DNA of 41,399 nt from a bacterium (GTDB taxonomy: Bacteria > JAMCPX01), in NCBI GenBank assembly GCA_037439545.1, contig JBBIVV010000019.1:1-41399 (forward strand), read 5' to 3'. Position numbers and translations under genes: made by a program. Below are positions 8,446 to 18,181 of the stretch, one piece after another (the stretch's first letter is position 1; each line of letters opens with the position of its first letter). Under the pieces are notes generated by a model. It was not told where the DNA came from. It saw nothing but the letters and a program-made list of their open reading frames with translations, and did no database searches.

Positions 8446-9981
8446 ATGTCTTATAAAAGAGCACTGATAAGCGTGTCGGACAAAACAGGTATAGAAGGAC
8501 TCGGCAAAGTTTTAACAGATTTAAAGGTAGAGATCCTGTCGACAGGGGGAACAGCCAAACTTTTTAAAGAAAAAGGGATCCCTGTTACCGATGTCGCGGA
8601 TTATACAGGATTCCCCGAGATGCTTGACGGCAGGGTAAAAACGCTCCATCCGAAAATACACGGCGGCATTCTTGCCATGAGGAGCAACAGCAGCCATGTT
8701 AAGGCACTTGAGGAACATTCCATAGGCTTGATCGATCTGGTAATTATAAACCTTTACCCGTTCAGGCAGACAGCCCAAAAGAAAAGCGCATCCTTTGAAG
8801 ATATTATCGAAATGATAGATATTGGAGGCCCATCGCTGATCAGGGCAGGTTCGAAGAACTTCAGGGATGTCATTGTTATCGTTGATCCTGCTGACTATGC
8901 ATGGCTCATAGAACACATAAAAAAAGACAACATAACGGAGGAGGACCGGTTAAGACTTGCCGCAAAGGCTTTCAATCATACAGCCGCATACGACAGTGTC
9001 ATAGCCAACTGGCTCGACAATAAACTTGAGAAGGACATGCCGGGGCAAATTCATTTTACACTGAACAGGCTTCAAACAATGCGCTACGGCGAAAACCCGC
9101 ACCAGCAGGCAGCGCTGTACAGGATAGCGGATTTCGACAGCCTCGATGCCCTGCAATTCGAACAACGTGGAGGCAAGGAACTCTCTTATAATAATATTGT
9201 CGATATGAGCAGTGCGTATGAGCTTGTTTCTGAATTCCAGCAGCCGTCATGCATCATAATAAAGCACACAAACCCCTGCGGTGCAGCGACGGCAGAAAAT
9301 ATTTCAAGGGCTTATGAGCTTGCCTTCAAGACAGACTCCGTATCAAGCTACGGCGGGATCGGCAGTTTCAACAGGGAAGTAGATGAAGCAACTGCAAAGC
9401 TCATAGCGGACACATTTTATGAGGTCATAATAGCACCGTCATTTTCGCAGCCCGCATTTGATATTCTGTCAAAGAAGAAAAATCTGAGGCTTATACAGGT
9501 CAACCGGAACACTCCGACAGGCACTCAACTTGAGATACATGATACGGCCTTCGGCGTACTGCTCCAGACAAAGGATACCCTGTCGGACGAGCTTAAGAAC
9601 AGCCGTGTTGTTACAAAAAGAACCCCGGCTGCGGATGAGATGAAGGACCTGGATTTTGCGCTCAAGGTATGCAAACACACGAAGAGCAACACAATCATCG
9701 TGGCAAAATCGCTTCAACTGGTCGGTGTCGGAGCCGGTCAGATGAGCAGGGTAGATTCTGCGAAGATAGCAATCATGAAATCCAACCTTAGCACAAAAGG
9801 TGCTGTTGGAGCATCGGACGCTTTCTTTCCATTTGCAGATGGATTGAAAGTGCTCATAGATGCAGGCATTACGGCAGTTGTACAGCCGGGAGGATCAATA
9901 AGAGATGAAGAAGTCATAAAAACTGCCGACGATGCAGGCATCTCCATGGTATTTACAGGGATCAGGCACTTCAAACACTAA
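8446..9981 (+). CDS. purH: bifunctional AICAR transformylase / IMP cyclohydrolase
   Basis: Motifs RALISVSDK, GRVKTLHP, IDIGGP, RYGENPHQ, KHTNPCG, SDAFFPF and TGIRHFKH. Confidence 0.98.
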   Translation: MSYKRALISVSDKTGIEGLGKVLTDLKVEILSTGGTAKLFKEKGIPVTDVADYTGFPEMLDGRVKTLHPKIHGGILAMRSNSSHVKALEEHSIGLIDLVIINLYPFRQTAQKKSASFEDIIEMIDIGGPSLIRAGSKNFRDVIVIVDPADYAWLIEHIKKDNITEEDRLRLAAKAFNHTAAYDSVIANWLDNKLEKDMPGQIHFTLNRLQTMRYGENPHQQAALYRIADFDSLDALQFEQRGGKELSYNNIVDMSSAYELVSEFQQPSCIIIKHTNPCGAATAENISRAYELAFKTDSVSSYGGIGSFNREVDEATAKLIADTFYEVIIAPSFSQPAFDILSKKKNLRLIQVNRNTPTGTQLEIHDTAFGVLLQTKDTLSDELKNSRVVTKRTPAADEMKDLDFALKVCKHTKSNTIIVAKSLQLVGVGAGQMSRVDSAKIAIMKSNLSTKGAVGASDAFFPFADGLKVLIDAGITAVVQPGGSIRDEEVIKTADDAGISMVFTGIRHFKH

Positions 9982-10001
9982 ATATACGGAAGAGGAGCAA
10001 A

Positions 10002-11252
10002 ATGAATATTCTCGTCATAGGTTCCGGAGGAAGAGAACACGCCATCGTCCATAAGATGAAACAGGACGGCATAAAGAATATATACTGTACGCCGGGCAAT
10101 GCCGGCATCGAGGAACTGGCACAGTGTGCACCGGTAAAGGCCGATGATGTAGACGGCCTGCTCCGGTTCGCGACGGAGAAGAAAATAACACTTACCGTAG
10201 TGGGTCCTGAACTTTCACTCCAACACGGAATTGTCGATGCATTTATGGCAAGCGGCCTTACCATCTTTGGGCCCACAAGACAGGCTGCAATGCTGGAGAC
10301 ATCGAAGTCATTTGCAAAAAACCTCATGAAAAAATATAATATTCCGACACCTGCATTCGAGGTATTCGATACATCTGCAGATGCCATTGATTACGCAAAG
10401 GCAATATCTTATCCCGCTGTCATAAAAGCGGATGGCATTGCATCAGGCAAAGGCGTTGTGATTGCAATGGATTCTTCACAGGCCATAACAGCAATAAAGG
10501 ACATCATGGATAACCGGATATTCGGTGATGCAGGAAAAATCGTCCTGATAGAAGAATTTCTCAAGGGTGCCGAATCAAGCTATTTCGTCATTTCGAACGG
10601 GAACAGCTTTCTATCTCTCGGGAGCGCAAGGGATTATAAAAGGCTCATGGATAAGGATGAGGGGCCAAATACAGGAGGTATGGGATCGATATCACCATCG
10701 GATAAACTCAACCCCGGACTTGAGAAAAAAGTCGTCGACAGGGTCGTCTCACCTCTCATTGACGCGTTCAAGAAAGAAGGTATCGTTTACAGGGGAGTAA
10801 TCTACACTGGGCTGATGATTGCAAACAACGAGCCGTATGTGTTAGAGTTCAATGCGAGGTTTGGTGATCCTGAAACACAGGCAATCTTACCGCGCATAGA
10901 AAGCGACATGGTCGGTATTTTAACCGACAGCGCAAAGGGCAGGCTTTTTTCAGATGCCTTGAAATTAAGGACGGATGTTTCAGTATGCGTTGTAATGGCT
11001 TCAAAGGACTACCCGGGTAATCCACACACAGGCAGCGTGATAGAAGGGTTGAAAGATGCGGCACGAAAAGATATCTTTATATTCCATGCCGGCACCAAAA
11101 ATGAGAGGGGTATCATAAAAACAGCAGGGGGAAGGGTACTTGGGGTAACAGCCCTCGGGGAAAACATAAAACTGGCACGGGAAAAAGCTTATAAGGCAGT
11201 TGGCAATATTATATTCGAAGGCTCCCAATACAGGAGGGATATAGGTTTATGA
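10002..11252 (+). CDS. purD: phosphoribosylamine-glycine ligase
   Basis: Motifs GSGGREHA, PGNAG, VVGPE, GPNTGGMG, EFNARFGDPE and GGRVL. Confidence 0.98.
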   Translation: MNILVIGSGGREHAIVHKMKQDGIKNIYCTPGNAGIEELAQCAPVKADDVDGLLRFATEKKITLTVVGPELSLQHGIVDAFMASGLTIFGPTRQAAMLETSKSFAKNLMKKYNIPTPAFEVFDTSADAIDYAKAISYPAVIKADGIASGKGVVIAMDSSQAITAIKDIMDNRIFGDAGKIVLIEEFLKGAESSYFVISNGNSFLSLGSARDYKRLMDKDEGPNTGGMGSISPSDKLNPGLEKKVVDRVVSPLIDAFKKEGIVYRGVIYTGLMIANNEPYVLEFNARFGDPETQAILPRIESDMVGILTDSAKGRLFSDALKLRTDVSVCVVMASKDYPGNPHTGSVIEGLKDAARKDIFIFHAGTKNERGIIKTAGGRVLGVTALGENIKLAREKAYKAVGNIIFEGSQYRRDIGL

Positions 11253-12322
11253 AAGGCACGTATTTATTATTGATACCGCTCCTTATTACAGTATCATGCG
11301 CTACGGCAAATAAGGTGGAAAGTCCTGCAGTAAAAGGGCCGGATGCAGTTCAGTCTGCCGGATTGCAGCAGACAGATACTACGTCTGCAATACCCCTGAG
11401 CGAGCAAAAGAATCCGGCAGTGGCCCAGCTTCTTCAAAAAGATAAAAAAGACCAGATCGATGAAGGGCTCGGCGCAGGTGATTCGATAAGTATAACGGCA
11501 TGGGGGCATCCCGATGTAAGCGGTATAGCTCGTATAGAAAAAGATGGTAATATATACCTGCCGCTCGTAGGCGGGATTTATGCAAAAGGCTTAACCCGTG
11601 AACAGCTTAAAGATAAACTCACAGAGGCTTACCGTGCATATATAAGACATCCTATGATAGACGTTGAAGTAAAAGAGTATGCAAGCAGGCTCGTACTCAT
11701 GCTCGGTAATGTTGCAAAACCGGGTATATACCCTATGAGGGGTGGAACCGATCTTGTAACTGCTATTGCATTGGCAGGAGGGCAGGCACAGCAATCAAAT
11801 CTTTCGAGCGTCTACCTTTTAAGGAACGGTCATTCTACGATTGTCAACGTGGCTGATTACCTGCAAGAAGGCAACCAGTATAATGATCCGATAATCCAGG
11901 ATAAAGATGTCATCTATGTGCCGAGTGCCGAGGAGCAGAATGTTGTAGTACTCGGGCGCGTTGACAGACCCGTAGCAATACCCATGAGCGGGGCTCCGAT
12001 ATCCATCGTCAAGGCTATAGTGCTCGCCGGCGGCTTTAAACTCGGTGCCCGCAAGAACGAGGTTAAGGTCATACGGGGAGGCTTAATACATCCGAATATC
12101 TACACGGTCAATGTTGATGATATACTGCACGGTGAACAGCCGAATTCACCACAGGGACTTCTATTGTACGCAGGAGACATAGTCTTCGTTCCCCAGAACG
12201 GCCTGGCAACCTGGAACGATATACTCGAGCAGATCCAGCCGACTTTTGATGTCCTGCTTGCAAAACCATTGTCAGCGGCAACGAATTTCCTGCTTTTGCG
12301 GCAGCTACTGAGGAACCCATAA
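11249..12322 (+). CDS. wza: polysaccharide export lipoprotein (OPX/Wza family) with SLBB domains
   Basis: Lipoprotein signal ending ITVSC, Poly_export motif (LGAGDSISI..DGNIYLPLVG), two SLBB repeats and a C-terminal amphipathic helix. Confidence 0.88.
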   Translation: MKGTYLLLIPLLITVSCATANKVESPAVKGPDAVQSAGLQQTDTTSAIPLSEQKNPAVAQLLQKDKKDQIDEGLGAGDSISITAWGHPDVSGIARIEKDGNIYLPLVGGIYAKGLTREQLKDKLTEAYRAYIRHPMIDVEVKEYASRLVLMLGNVAKPGIYPMRGGTDLVTAIALAGGQAQQSNLSSVYLLRNGHSTIVNVADYLQEGNQYNDPIIQDKDVIYVPSAEEQNVVVLGRVDRPVAIPMSGAPISIVKAIVLAGGFKLGARKNEVKVIRGGLIHPNIYTVNVDDILHGEQPNSPQGLLLYAGDIVFVPQNGLATWNDILEQIQPTFDVLLAKPLSAATNFLLLRQLLRNP

Positions 12323-14658
12323 TGGCAGACAATACATCTTTAACAACATCACCGGAACTCGTAGAGTATATACTTTTACTCAGAAGGAAGTGGAAACTGA
12401 TTTTGCTCGTGACGCTGTTTTTCTTCATAAGCGGAATGACGTACACCTTATTGAAAACACCTGTCTATGAGTCTGCTGCAACCATTTATATAGAGGAGCC
12501 TTTATCGAGAAATAATCTCCTGAGTGATATTATCGTCATGCAGTGGTGGAACAGGACGTCGTCTGAACGGCTCATCGCACGGAGCAGATCCGTTGCTGCA
12601 CTCGCGGTCGAGAAATTAGGCATGGATTATCACGTCGTATCGAAACCAGTGTCTTCTGATGTATATATTTATAAAATCAGGCCGTACGACAGGAATATGA
12701 TTCATCAATTCCAGATTAAGTTTACCGGCAACGATACATACGATGTGTATCTCGGGAAAAAAAACATAGGGGCCGGCACCGTCGGTATACCGTTTACATC
12801 ATCGGAACTGGATTTTTACCTGAAAAAAACAGTCAATCTTTCAAGCGGTGACGAACTGACTATCAAGAAGAGCGGGTTTGCGGATATTGTCCATCAAGTC
12901 CGGGAAAATACAAGCATAGATGAAATGGGTGAAATGACCAATATCCTCAAGGTAAGCTGCAAAAACAGAGACCCTTACCTTGCAAGCCTTATAACGAATG
13001 AGCTCATAAACGCCTATATTGACCTGAGCATTCAAAGAATGAGTCAGGAGGCATCGCAGGCATTGACTTTTATATCCGACCAGCTCGACATAACGAACGA
13101 TAACCTTATCAAATCCGAAAAGGTCATGGATCAGTTCAAAAAAGAACATGGAATCATATCTCTTAAGGAAGAAGCAAAAGAGGCGATAAAGCGGATATCC
13201 GATCTTGAGAAGCAGAAGCTCGAATTGTCATTGAAAATAAAAGATGCAAACTCTCTTGAGGATATGCTGTCGAGAAATGACACGAAGATCGGAGACTACC
13301 TTATAGGAGGCTCTGACCATACACTCGGTTCAATGGTAGAGGGGCTGACAAAGCTTGAAATCCAGAAAAAGGCAATGCTTGAAGAATATACGGAAAAGTA
13401 TCCGGGCGTTGTCGCTCTCAATGCACAGATAGAAGAAACCAAACAGAAGATCAGGCAGATGATCGCCAGTATATCGAACCAGTTCAGGATACAGCAGAAG
13501 AACATCATCATCTCTGAGGACTCCTATTACAAGAGCCTTTCAAACCTGCCTGAGATAGAAAGGCACTATGCACGGCTTGAACGGGATCTTAAAGTAAACA
13601 TGGAACTGTATAGTTTCTTGTTAAAGAAACATGAAGAGGCAAGGATATCGAAAGCCGCAACAGTGGCAAACATAAGAGTGATAGACGAAGCCATACCTTC
13701 CACATCGCCCATTGAGCCCCAAAAAGGAAAAAACGCTTTGGTCAGCTTCCTCATGGGTTTTATCCTGTCCCTGATATTTGCTTTCTATACAGAATACACC
13801 GACACCTCTCTCAAAACAGTAGACGATGCCCGCAGAAGACTAACCCTGCCTATATTCGGTATAATACCGCAGATCGCCCGTGCTGAAATAAATGGTCAGC
13901 CGCAAAGGGAGCTTATCACTGCCGAGGACCTTAAATCCACTGTTTCAGAGGCCTATAGATCGTTGAGGACCAATATTCAGTTTGCCGATCTGGAAAATAA
14001 AAACAAATGCTTTATGGTGACTTCTTCAGGTCCTGGAGAAGGAAAGTCTACGACCGCAGCCAACATTGCCATCACCCTGGCATATGCGGACATGCCGACA
14101 GTCCTGATAGACGCTGATTTCCGGAAGCCAGTCGTACACAGCCTCTTCAAGCTCGAACAGGAACCCGGGATCACAAACTATCTTGCTTCCGATATACCGC
14201 TGAGCGATGTAATAAAACATACTGCCACAAAGAATCTGGATGTCATAAGTGTCGGTATTATTCCCCCCAACCCTTCGGAATTATTGAACAAGACAAAGGT
14301 CGATACTCTTATAAAAGAGCTGAAAAAACACTACAGCTACGTCATATTCGATACAGCCCCAATACTCCCTGTGACCGACCCTGCTATTCTGGGATCAAAG
14401 GTTGACGGAGCTTTCATCGTTGTTGAGCTCGGCAAAACTACCATTGAAGCTGTTTCAAGATCACAATCACTGCTTACCAATACAAAGACGAACGTGTACG
14501 GCGTAATCCTCAATAAGATCAGTATGACTGTCGGAAGGTACGGGCACTATTATTACTACTACCACTATGACAGGTATTATCATCAGAAGAAAGAAAAGAA
14601 GCCCCTTGAACAGTTAAAGGAAAAACTGTCAAGGTTCTATAAATTCCTCGTCGGGTAG
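12322..14658 (+). CDS. wzc: polysaccharide co-polymerase / BY tyrosine autokinase (Wzc)
   Basis: Two TM helices flank a coiled-coil periplasmic region. SEAYRSLRTN, Walker A GPGEGKS, IDADFRKP, IFDTAP and a C-terminal tyrosine cluster. Confidence 0.93.
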   Translation: MADNTSLTTSPELVEYILLLRRKWKLILLVTLFFFISGMTYTLLKTPVYESAATIYIEEPLSRNNLLSDIIVMQWWNRTSSERLIARSRSVAALAVEKLGMDYHVVSKPVSSDVYIYKIRPYDRNMIHQFQIKFTGNDTYDVYLGKKNIGAGTVGIPFTSSELDFYLKKTVNLSSGDELTIKKSGFADIVHQVRENTSIDEMGEMTNILKVSCKNRDPYLASLITNELINAYIDLSIQRMSQEASQALTFISDQLDITNDNLIKSEKVMDQFKKEHGIISLKEEAKEAIKRISDLEKQKLELSLKIKDANSLEDMLSRNDTKIGDYLIGGSDHTLGSMVEGLTKLEIQKKAMLEEYTEKYPGVVALNAQIEETKQKIRQMIASISNQFRIQQKNIIISEDSYYKSLSNLPEIERHYARLERDLKVNMELYSFLLKKHEEARISKAATVANIRVIDEAIPSTSPIEPQKGKNALVSFLMGFILSLIFAFYTEYTDTSLKTVDDARRRLTLPIFGIIPQIARAEINGQPQRELITAEDLKSTVSEAYRSLRTNIQFADLENKNKCFMVTSSGPGEGKSTTAANIAITLAYADMPTVLIDADFRKPVVHSLFKLEQEPGITNYLASDIPLSDVIKHTATKNLDVISVGIIPPNPSELLNKTKVDTLIKELKKHYSYVIFDTAPILPVTDPAILGSKVDGAFIVVELGKTTIEAVSRSQSLLTNTKTNVYGVILNKISMTVGRYGHYYYYYHYDRYYHQKKEKKPLEQLKEKLSRFYKFLVG

Positions 14659-14680
14659 AATATAATAATCCGGTACGTTT

Positions 14681-15409
14681 ATGAACAAAGGGTATATTGA
14701 TATACATTCGCATATACTTTACGATATTGACGATGGTGCAGGCACCATTGAAGAGTCTGTCGAAATAATTAAGGTACTATCGGCTGCGGGTTTTTCGACA
14801 TCCTTGGCCACTCCGCATAACATGCCCGGGAATGACAGGAATGCATTGATCGCACGAAGTAAAGAAAGGATCAATGGCATCTCAAAAAGGGCCGGGGAGC
14901 TGGGAATAAATTACGAAATACTTTTGGGTGCTGAAAATTATTTCGATGCTTCGCTCAATATAAAGGACCTTACTGATTATTTTATTCCTCTCGGCGGCTC
15001 TGACATGTTTCTTGTGGAAATACCGTTTATAGGAGAGCCGTCCTATCATATCTCGGCGTTGCGCAAATCAGGACTGCACTGCCTCATAGCGCATGTAGAA
15101 AGATATATGGAAATTGCTCAGTATCCTGACAAGGCATACCTGTTCAAAGAAGCCGGTTTTTCACTTCAGATGAATGTAGGCAGCCTGATCGGTGTATACG
15201 GACTCGATGTTATGAAGGCCGCCAATCAGCTTTTAAATGCCGGTATAATCGATGTACTATCAACCGATATCCATGATATAAATCATGCTGATTCTGTTTT
15301 GAAGAAGGGATTTAAAAGGCTTGAGGCGATCATGCCTTCCCTGCAGATAGCAAGGGTCCTCAGGGATGTGCCCCTGGAAATATTACAAAACCGTTATAAA
15401 AAAGCCTGA
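14681..15409 (+). CDS. PHP-family protein tyrosine phosphatase (CpsB/CapC/YwqE type)
   Basis: Motifs IDIHSHIL..IDDGA, ATPH, GAE, AHVERY and STDIH. Adjacent to wzc. Confidence 0.9.
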   Translation: MNKGYIDIHSHILYDIDDGAGTIEESVEIIKVLSAAGFSTSLATPHNMPGNDRNALIARSKERINGISKRAGELGINYEILLGAENYFDASLNIKDLTDYFIPLGGSDMFLVEIPFIGEPSYHISALRKSGLHCLIAHVERYMEIAQYPDKAYLFKEAGFSLQMNVGSLIGVYGLDVMKAANQLLNAGIIDVLSTDIHDINHADSVLKKGFKRLEAIMPSLQIARVLRDVPLEILQNRYKKA

Positions 15410-15446
15410 GACCAGTCTCATTTTATAAGGCTGAATAAATAGTTAT

Positions 15447-16046
15447 ATGGCAAAATCTTATAAGACGGTTACTTCTTTACAGACAGACGACGAGATAATA
15501 GCTCAATGCAGGGACGGCAATAAAACCTTATACAGATTGCTCGTCGACAGGTACAAGGATGCCATTTACACAACTGTGCTGAGATACACGCATGAACAAT
15601 CTTCGGCAGAAGAGATCACACAGGAGACATTTGTAAAAGCATGGAAAGCCCTTCATAAGTTCGAAGGCCGTTCTAAATTCTCCACGTGGCTCATGACGAT
15701 AGCAATAAACAAGGCAAAAGATGTGCTCAAGGAAAAACAAAGGATTGTGAGTATTGACGATCCAGACGCCGTTACCGATACCGCTTTCAAAGAGTCTCAT
15801 ACTATGAACAGTTCCGGTCCTGAACAAACGGTTCTCAATGAAGAGCTTGCGATGCAGCTCAAGAAGCTCATCGGTGAACTGCCGGACATATACAGGGAGG
15901 CGTTCGTATTAAGACATGTTGATCTGTTATCTTATGACGAGATAAGCGGTATTTCCAAGATCAGTGTTGAGGCGGTCAAGATGAGGGTGTTCAGGGCCCG
16001 GGAGATATTAAAAGCAAAGCTGTATCAGGAGGAACAAAATGGATAA
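15447..16046 (+). CDS. ECF RNA polymerase sigma factor
   Basis: Region 2 (AEEITQETFVKAW...FSTWLMTIAIN) and region 4 (LPDIYREAFVLR...LSYDEIS...VKMRVFRAR). Confidence 0.95.
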   Translation: MAKSYKTVTSLQTDDEIIAQCRDGNKTLYRLLVDRYKDAIYTTVLRYTHEQSSAEEITQETFVKAWKALHKFEGRSKFSTWLMTIAINKAKDVLKEKQRIVSIDDPDAVTDTAFKESHTMNSSGPEQTVLNEELAMQLKKLIGELPDIYREAFVLRHVDLLSYDEISGISKISVEAVKMRVFRAREILKAKLYQEEQNG

Positions 16047-16629
16047 GCGCATACACTTCTATATAGACGGATCGATGAGTGATGTGGAAAAACAGGCTTT
16101 TGAAAAGGAGCTTCGTGAGAATCCGGAGCTCTCCGACGATTATAACGGATTGAACCACGTTCTGATACTTGCAAAAAACCTCAAAACCGGATCAGCAGCA
16201 CCTCAGCATATTACCGATACGGTAATGCAACAGATACAACGGCAAACTGCGTTCCCGGCTTTTTACAAACAGCTGCTCAAGATTGCTGCGGTCATAGCTT
16301 TTATCCTGCTTACCGGTACAGGCATCTATACCTCTCTGCACCGGGGTGCAGGACTTGTTCCCATAACATTCACTATGTCGGCACCAAAAGCCAAGACCGT
16401 GTACCTGCTCGGGACATTCAATAACTGGGGCGGGAAACCGCAACAATTAAAAAGGGCTCACAATGGCGTATTTGCCATAACGGTAAAATTAAAACCCGGG
16501 ATATATCAGTATGTATACAGGGTCGACAATGGAATCATAGTGCCGGATCCAAATGCAAGGATGTATGCGGACGATGGGTTCGGACAAAAGAATGCGCTTA
16601 TCATCGTAAAGGGGACAAACCACTCATAG
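16039..16629 (+). CDS. putative anti-sigma factor with one TM helix and a C-terminal CBM48 (glycogen-binding) domain
   Basis: Overlaps the sigma gene by 8 nt; SD AGGAGG. ASD-like N-terminus (YIDGSMS..E...FE..L), TM IAAVIAFILLTGTGIY, and CBM48 motifs VYLLGTFNNW, LKPGIYQYVYRVD and DDGFGQKNA. Confidence 0.85.
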   Translation: MDKRIHFYIDGSMSDVEKQAFEKELRENPELSDDYNGLNHVLILAKNLKTGSAAPQHITDTVMQQIQRQTAFPAFYKQLLKIAAVIAFILLTGTGIYTSLHRGAGLVPITFTMSAPKAKTVYLLGTFNNWGGKPQQLKRAHNGVFAITVKLKPGIYQYVYRVDNGIIVPDPNARMYADDGFGQKNALIIVKGTNHS

Positions 16630-16669
16630 GAATGAAATCCCTGATGAGCAGGTTTATTGGGCCCCGCCG

Positions 16670-17158
16670 CTATGTCCCGGTTTTAAGGGATTGGATGCCC
16701 CTGAGTATGTTCTTTAATTTATCCGTGCAGGTATTAGACATTATGTAGACGTTACACGATTTGCATTCAATGCGGTCTACCCTGCATGTAACTGCAGGAA
16801 ACATCCAGCAGGGTTTGCTGCTATCGAGATAAACAGGGCATGTTGACCTGTGCTTTTTGCTGCATGGTTTTATCTCCCAGCACGGCAGCAGCGAGAATAA
16901 TCTCCGTATGCCTTCAAGGTTCAACCCTACCTCTTTTATAAGATGCCTCATGCATTTTACCCGCTCAAGATCAGCTTCGGAATAAAGTCTCCTGCCTGTT
17001 TTCGTTTTATACGGGATCAAAACGCCGTGATGTTCATACATACGCAGGGTGGGTGCTGCAAGGTTCAGGCTCTTCGATGCATCGCCTATAGAGTATAATT
17101 TTTCTACAAGTGCGTTCCTGTCTGCTTTGCTTTTTACAACTTTCATACCAGTTATCAT
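16670..17158 (-). CDS. MerR-family transcriptional regulator with Cys-rich (two-CW type) C-terminal domain
   Basis: MerR HTH (YSIG.AS....TLRMYE..G..P..T.TGRRLYS) followed by CWEIKPC..CP..CW..TC..C..C. Confidence 0.88.
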   Translation of the reverse strand: MITGMKVVKSKADRNALVEKLYSIGDASKSLNLAAPTLRMYEHHGVLIPYKTKTGRRLYSEADLERVKCMRHLIKEVGLNLEGIRRLFSLLPCWEIKPCSKKHRSTCPVYLDSSKPCWMFPAVTCRVDRIECKSCNVYIMSNTCTDKLKNILRGIQSLKTGT

Positions 17159-17166
17159 AGCACGAA

Positions 17167-18081
17167 TTATTTATCTTCCACAACTGCTTTTACCTTTGCC
17201 TGAAGGTTTATCTTATACGCCCTTTCCGGCTGTGCTGTGCCGGTTTTGATGTAATCTTCTTCTTTTATACGTTCAACGACTGCGTCGATACTGCCGGATT
17301 TTCCGTAATACTCCCTGATCCTTTCTATAAAGGTATGAGTCGCCTGCAGGGACTCAGACATGTACTTTCTGGCCTCTTCTCCCGCAATGACATTGCCGTG
17401 TCCGACAGCGACATAATCGATGGTATACCGATTTAATTTATCAAGGCTGCCGATATAAGATTTGCAACTCGTAAGGAATTCAGGGAGTATGCCCCCGGTT
17501 GGCAGTTTTATACCTGCTTCTTCACCGGTAAACATGATCCTTGCGTTCCTGAGATAATAACACATGGAGTCTTTTGTATGCCCGGGCGTATAGATGGCCT
17601 CGAGTACATCATCGCCTGTATCAAAAGTCTCCCCACCTTTAAGAGGGGTATCCAGCTGAAATGGCTTAAAAGTAATTTCCGGGTCCTCGACACCCATCAT
17701 ATTTTCTCCGTCCCGGTTTAAAGATGTGATAAGATCCACTGCCTTTTTGCTTTGAAGGACACCGTCTATCGTGTAATAACCCCCGACCTTGAGCTGTGGT
17801 ATGCGTTTTTTTAAATACGCTATTGAGCCAAGATGATCATAATGGCTGTGGGTCAGGAGGACATTCAGCGGGACATTGTATTGCTCAAGACACGATTGAA
17901 CTGCTCCTATGTACACAGGCCCCATTATGGTCATGCCTGCATCTATCAGGATACATAGCTTGGGGCCGGTGATCAGGTATACAGGTACCATGCTGTTACC
18001 TATCATATATGCGTTCCCGGTTATTCTGTCGGCATTATCCAGCATAAGGGACTTCATAATTATAAACTTCAAAAAAGGCAA
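17167..18081 (-). CDS. metallo-beta-lactamase fold hydrolase
   Basis: Motifs LIDAG, THSHYDHLG, TPGHT and GHG. True start may be a few codons downstream. Confidence 0.88.
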   Translation of the reverse strand: MPFLKFIIMKSLMLDNADRITGNAYMIGNSMVPVYLITGPKLCILIDAGMTIMGPVYIGAVQSCLEQYNVPLNVLLTHSHYDHLGSIAYLKKRIPQLKVGGYYTIDGVLQSKKAVDLITSLNRDGENMMGVEDPEITFKPFQLDTPLKGGETFDTGDDVLEAIYTPGHTKDSMCYYLRNARIMFTGEEAGIKLPTGGILPEFLTSCKSYIGSLDKLNRYTIDYVAVGHGNVIAGEEARKYMSESLQATHTFIERIREYYGKSGSIDAVVERIKEEDYIKTGTAQPERAYKINLQAKVKAVVEDK

Positions 18082-18130
18082 GCTTTGGAGCCAACCTCAT
18101 GCAGTCCGCGATGCCTGACTGCTTATTGTT

Positions 18131-18159
18131 TTGACAATCCGTCGGTTGTCTGTTATTTT
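18131..18159 (+). promoter_or_regulatory. sigma70 promoter for the GGDEF-TPR-addAB unit
   Basis: TTGACA-17nt-TATTTT with an extended -10 TG, in the divergent intergenic region. Confidence 0.6.
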
Positions 18160-18181
18160 ACGAATCGTTTATTGAAACACT

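Noticed and set aside
14545..14585. (TAT/TAC)n micro-repeat as a contingency locus
   Set aside because: It encodes the Wzc tyrosine cluster with mixed codons and is explained by protein function
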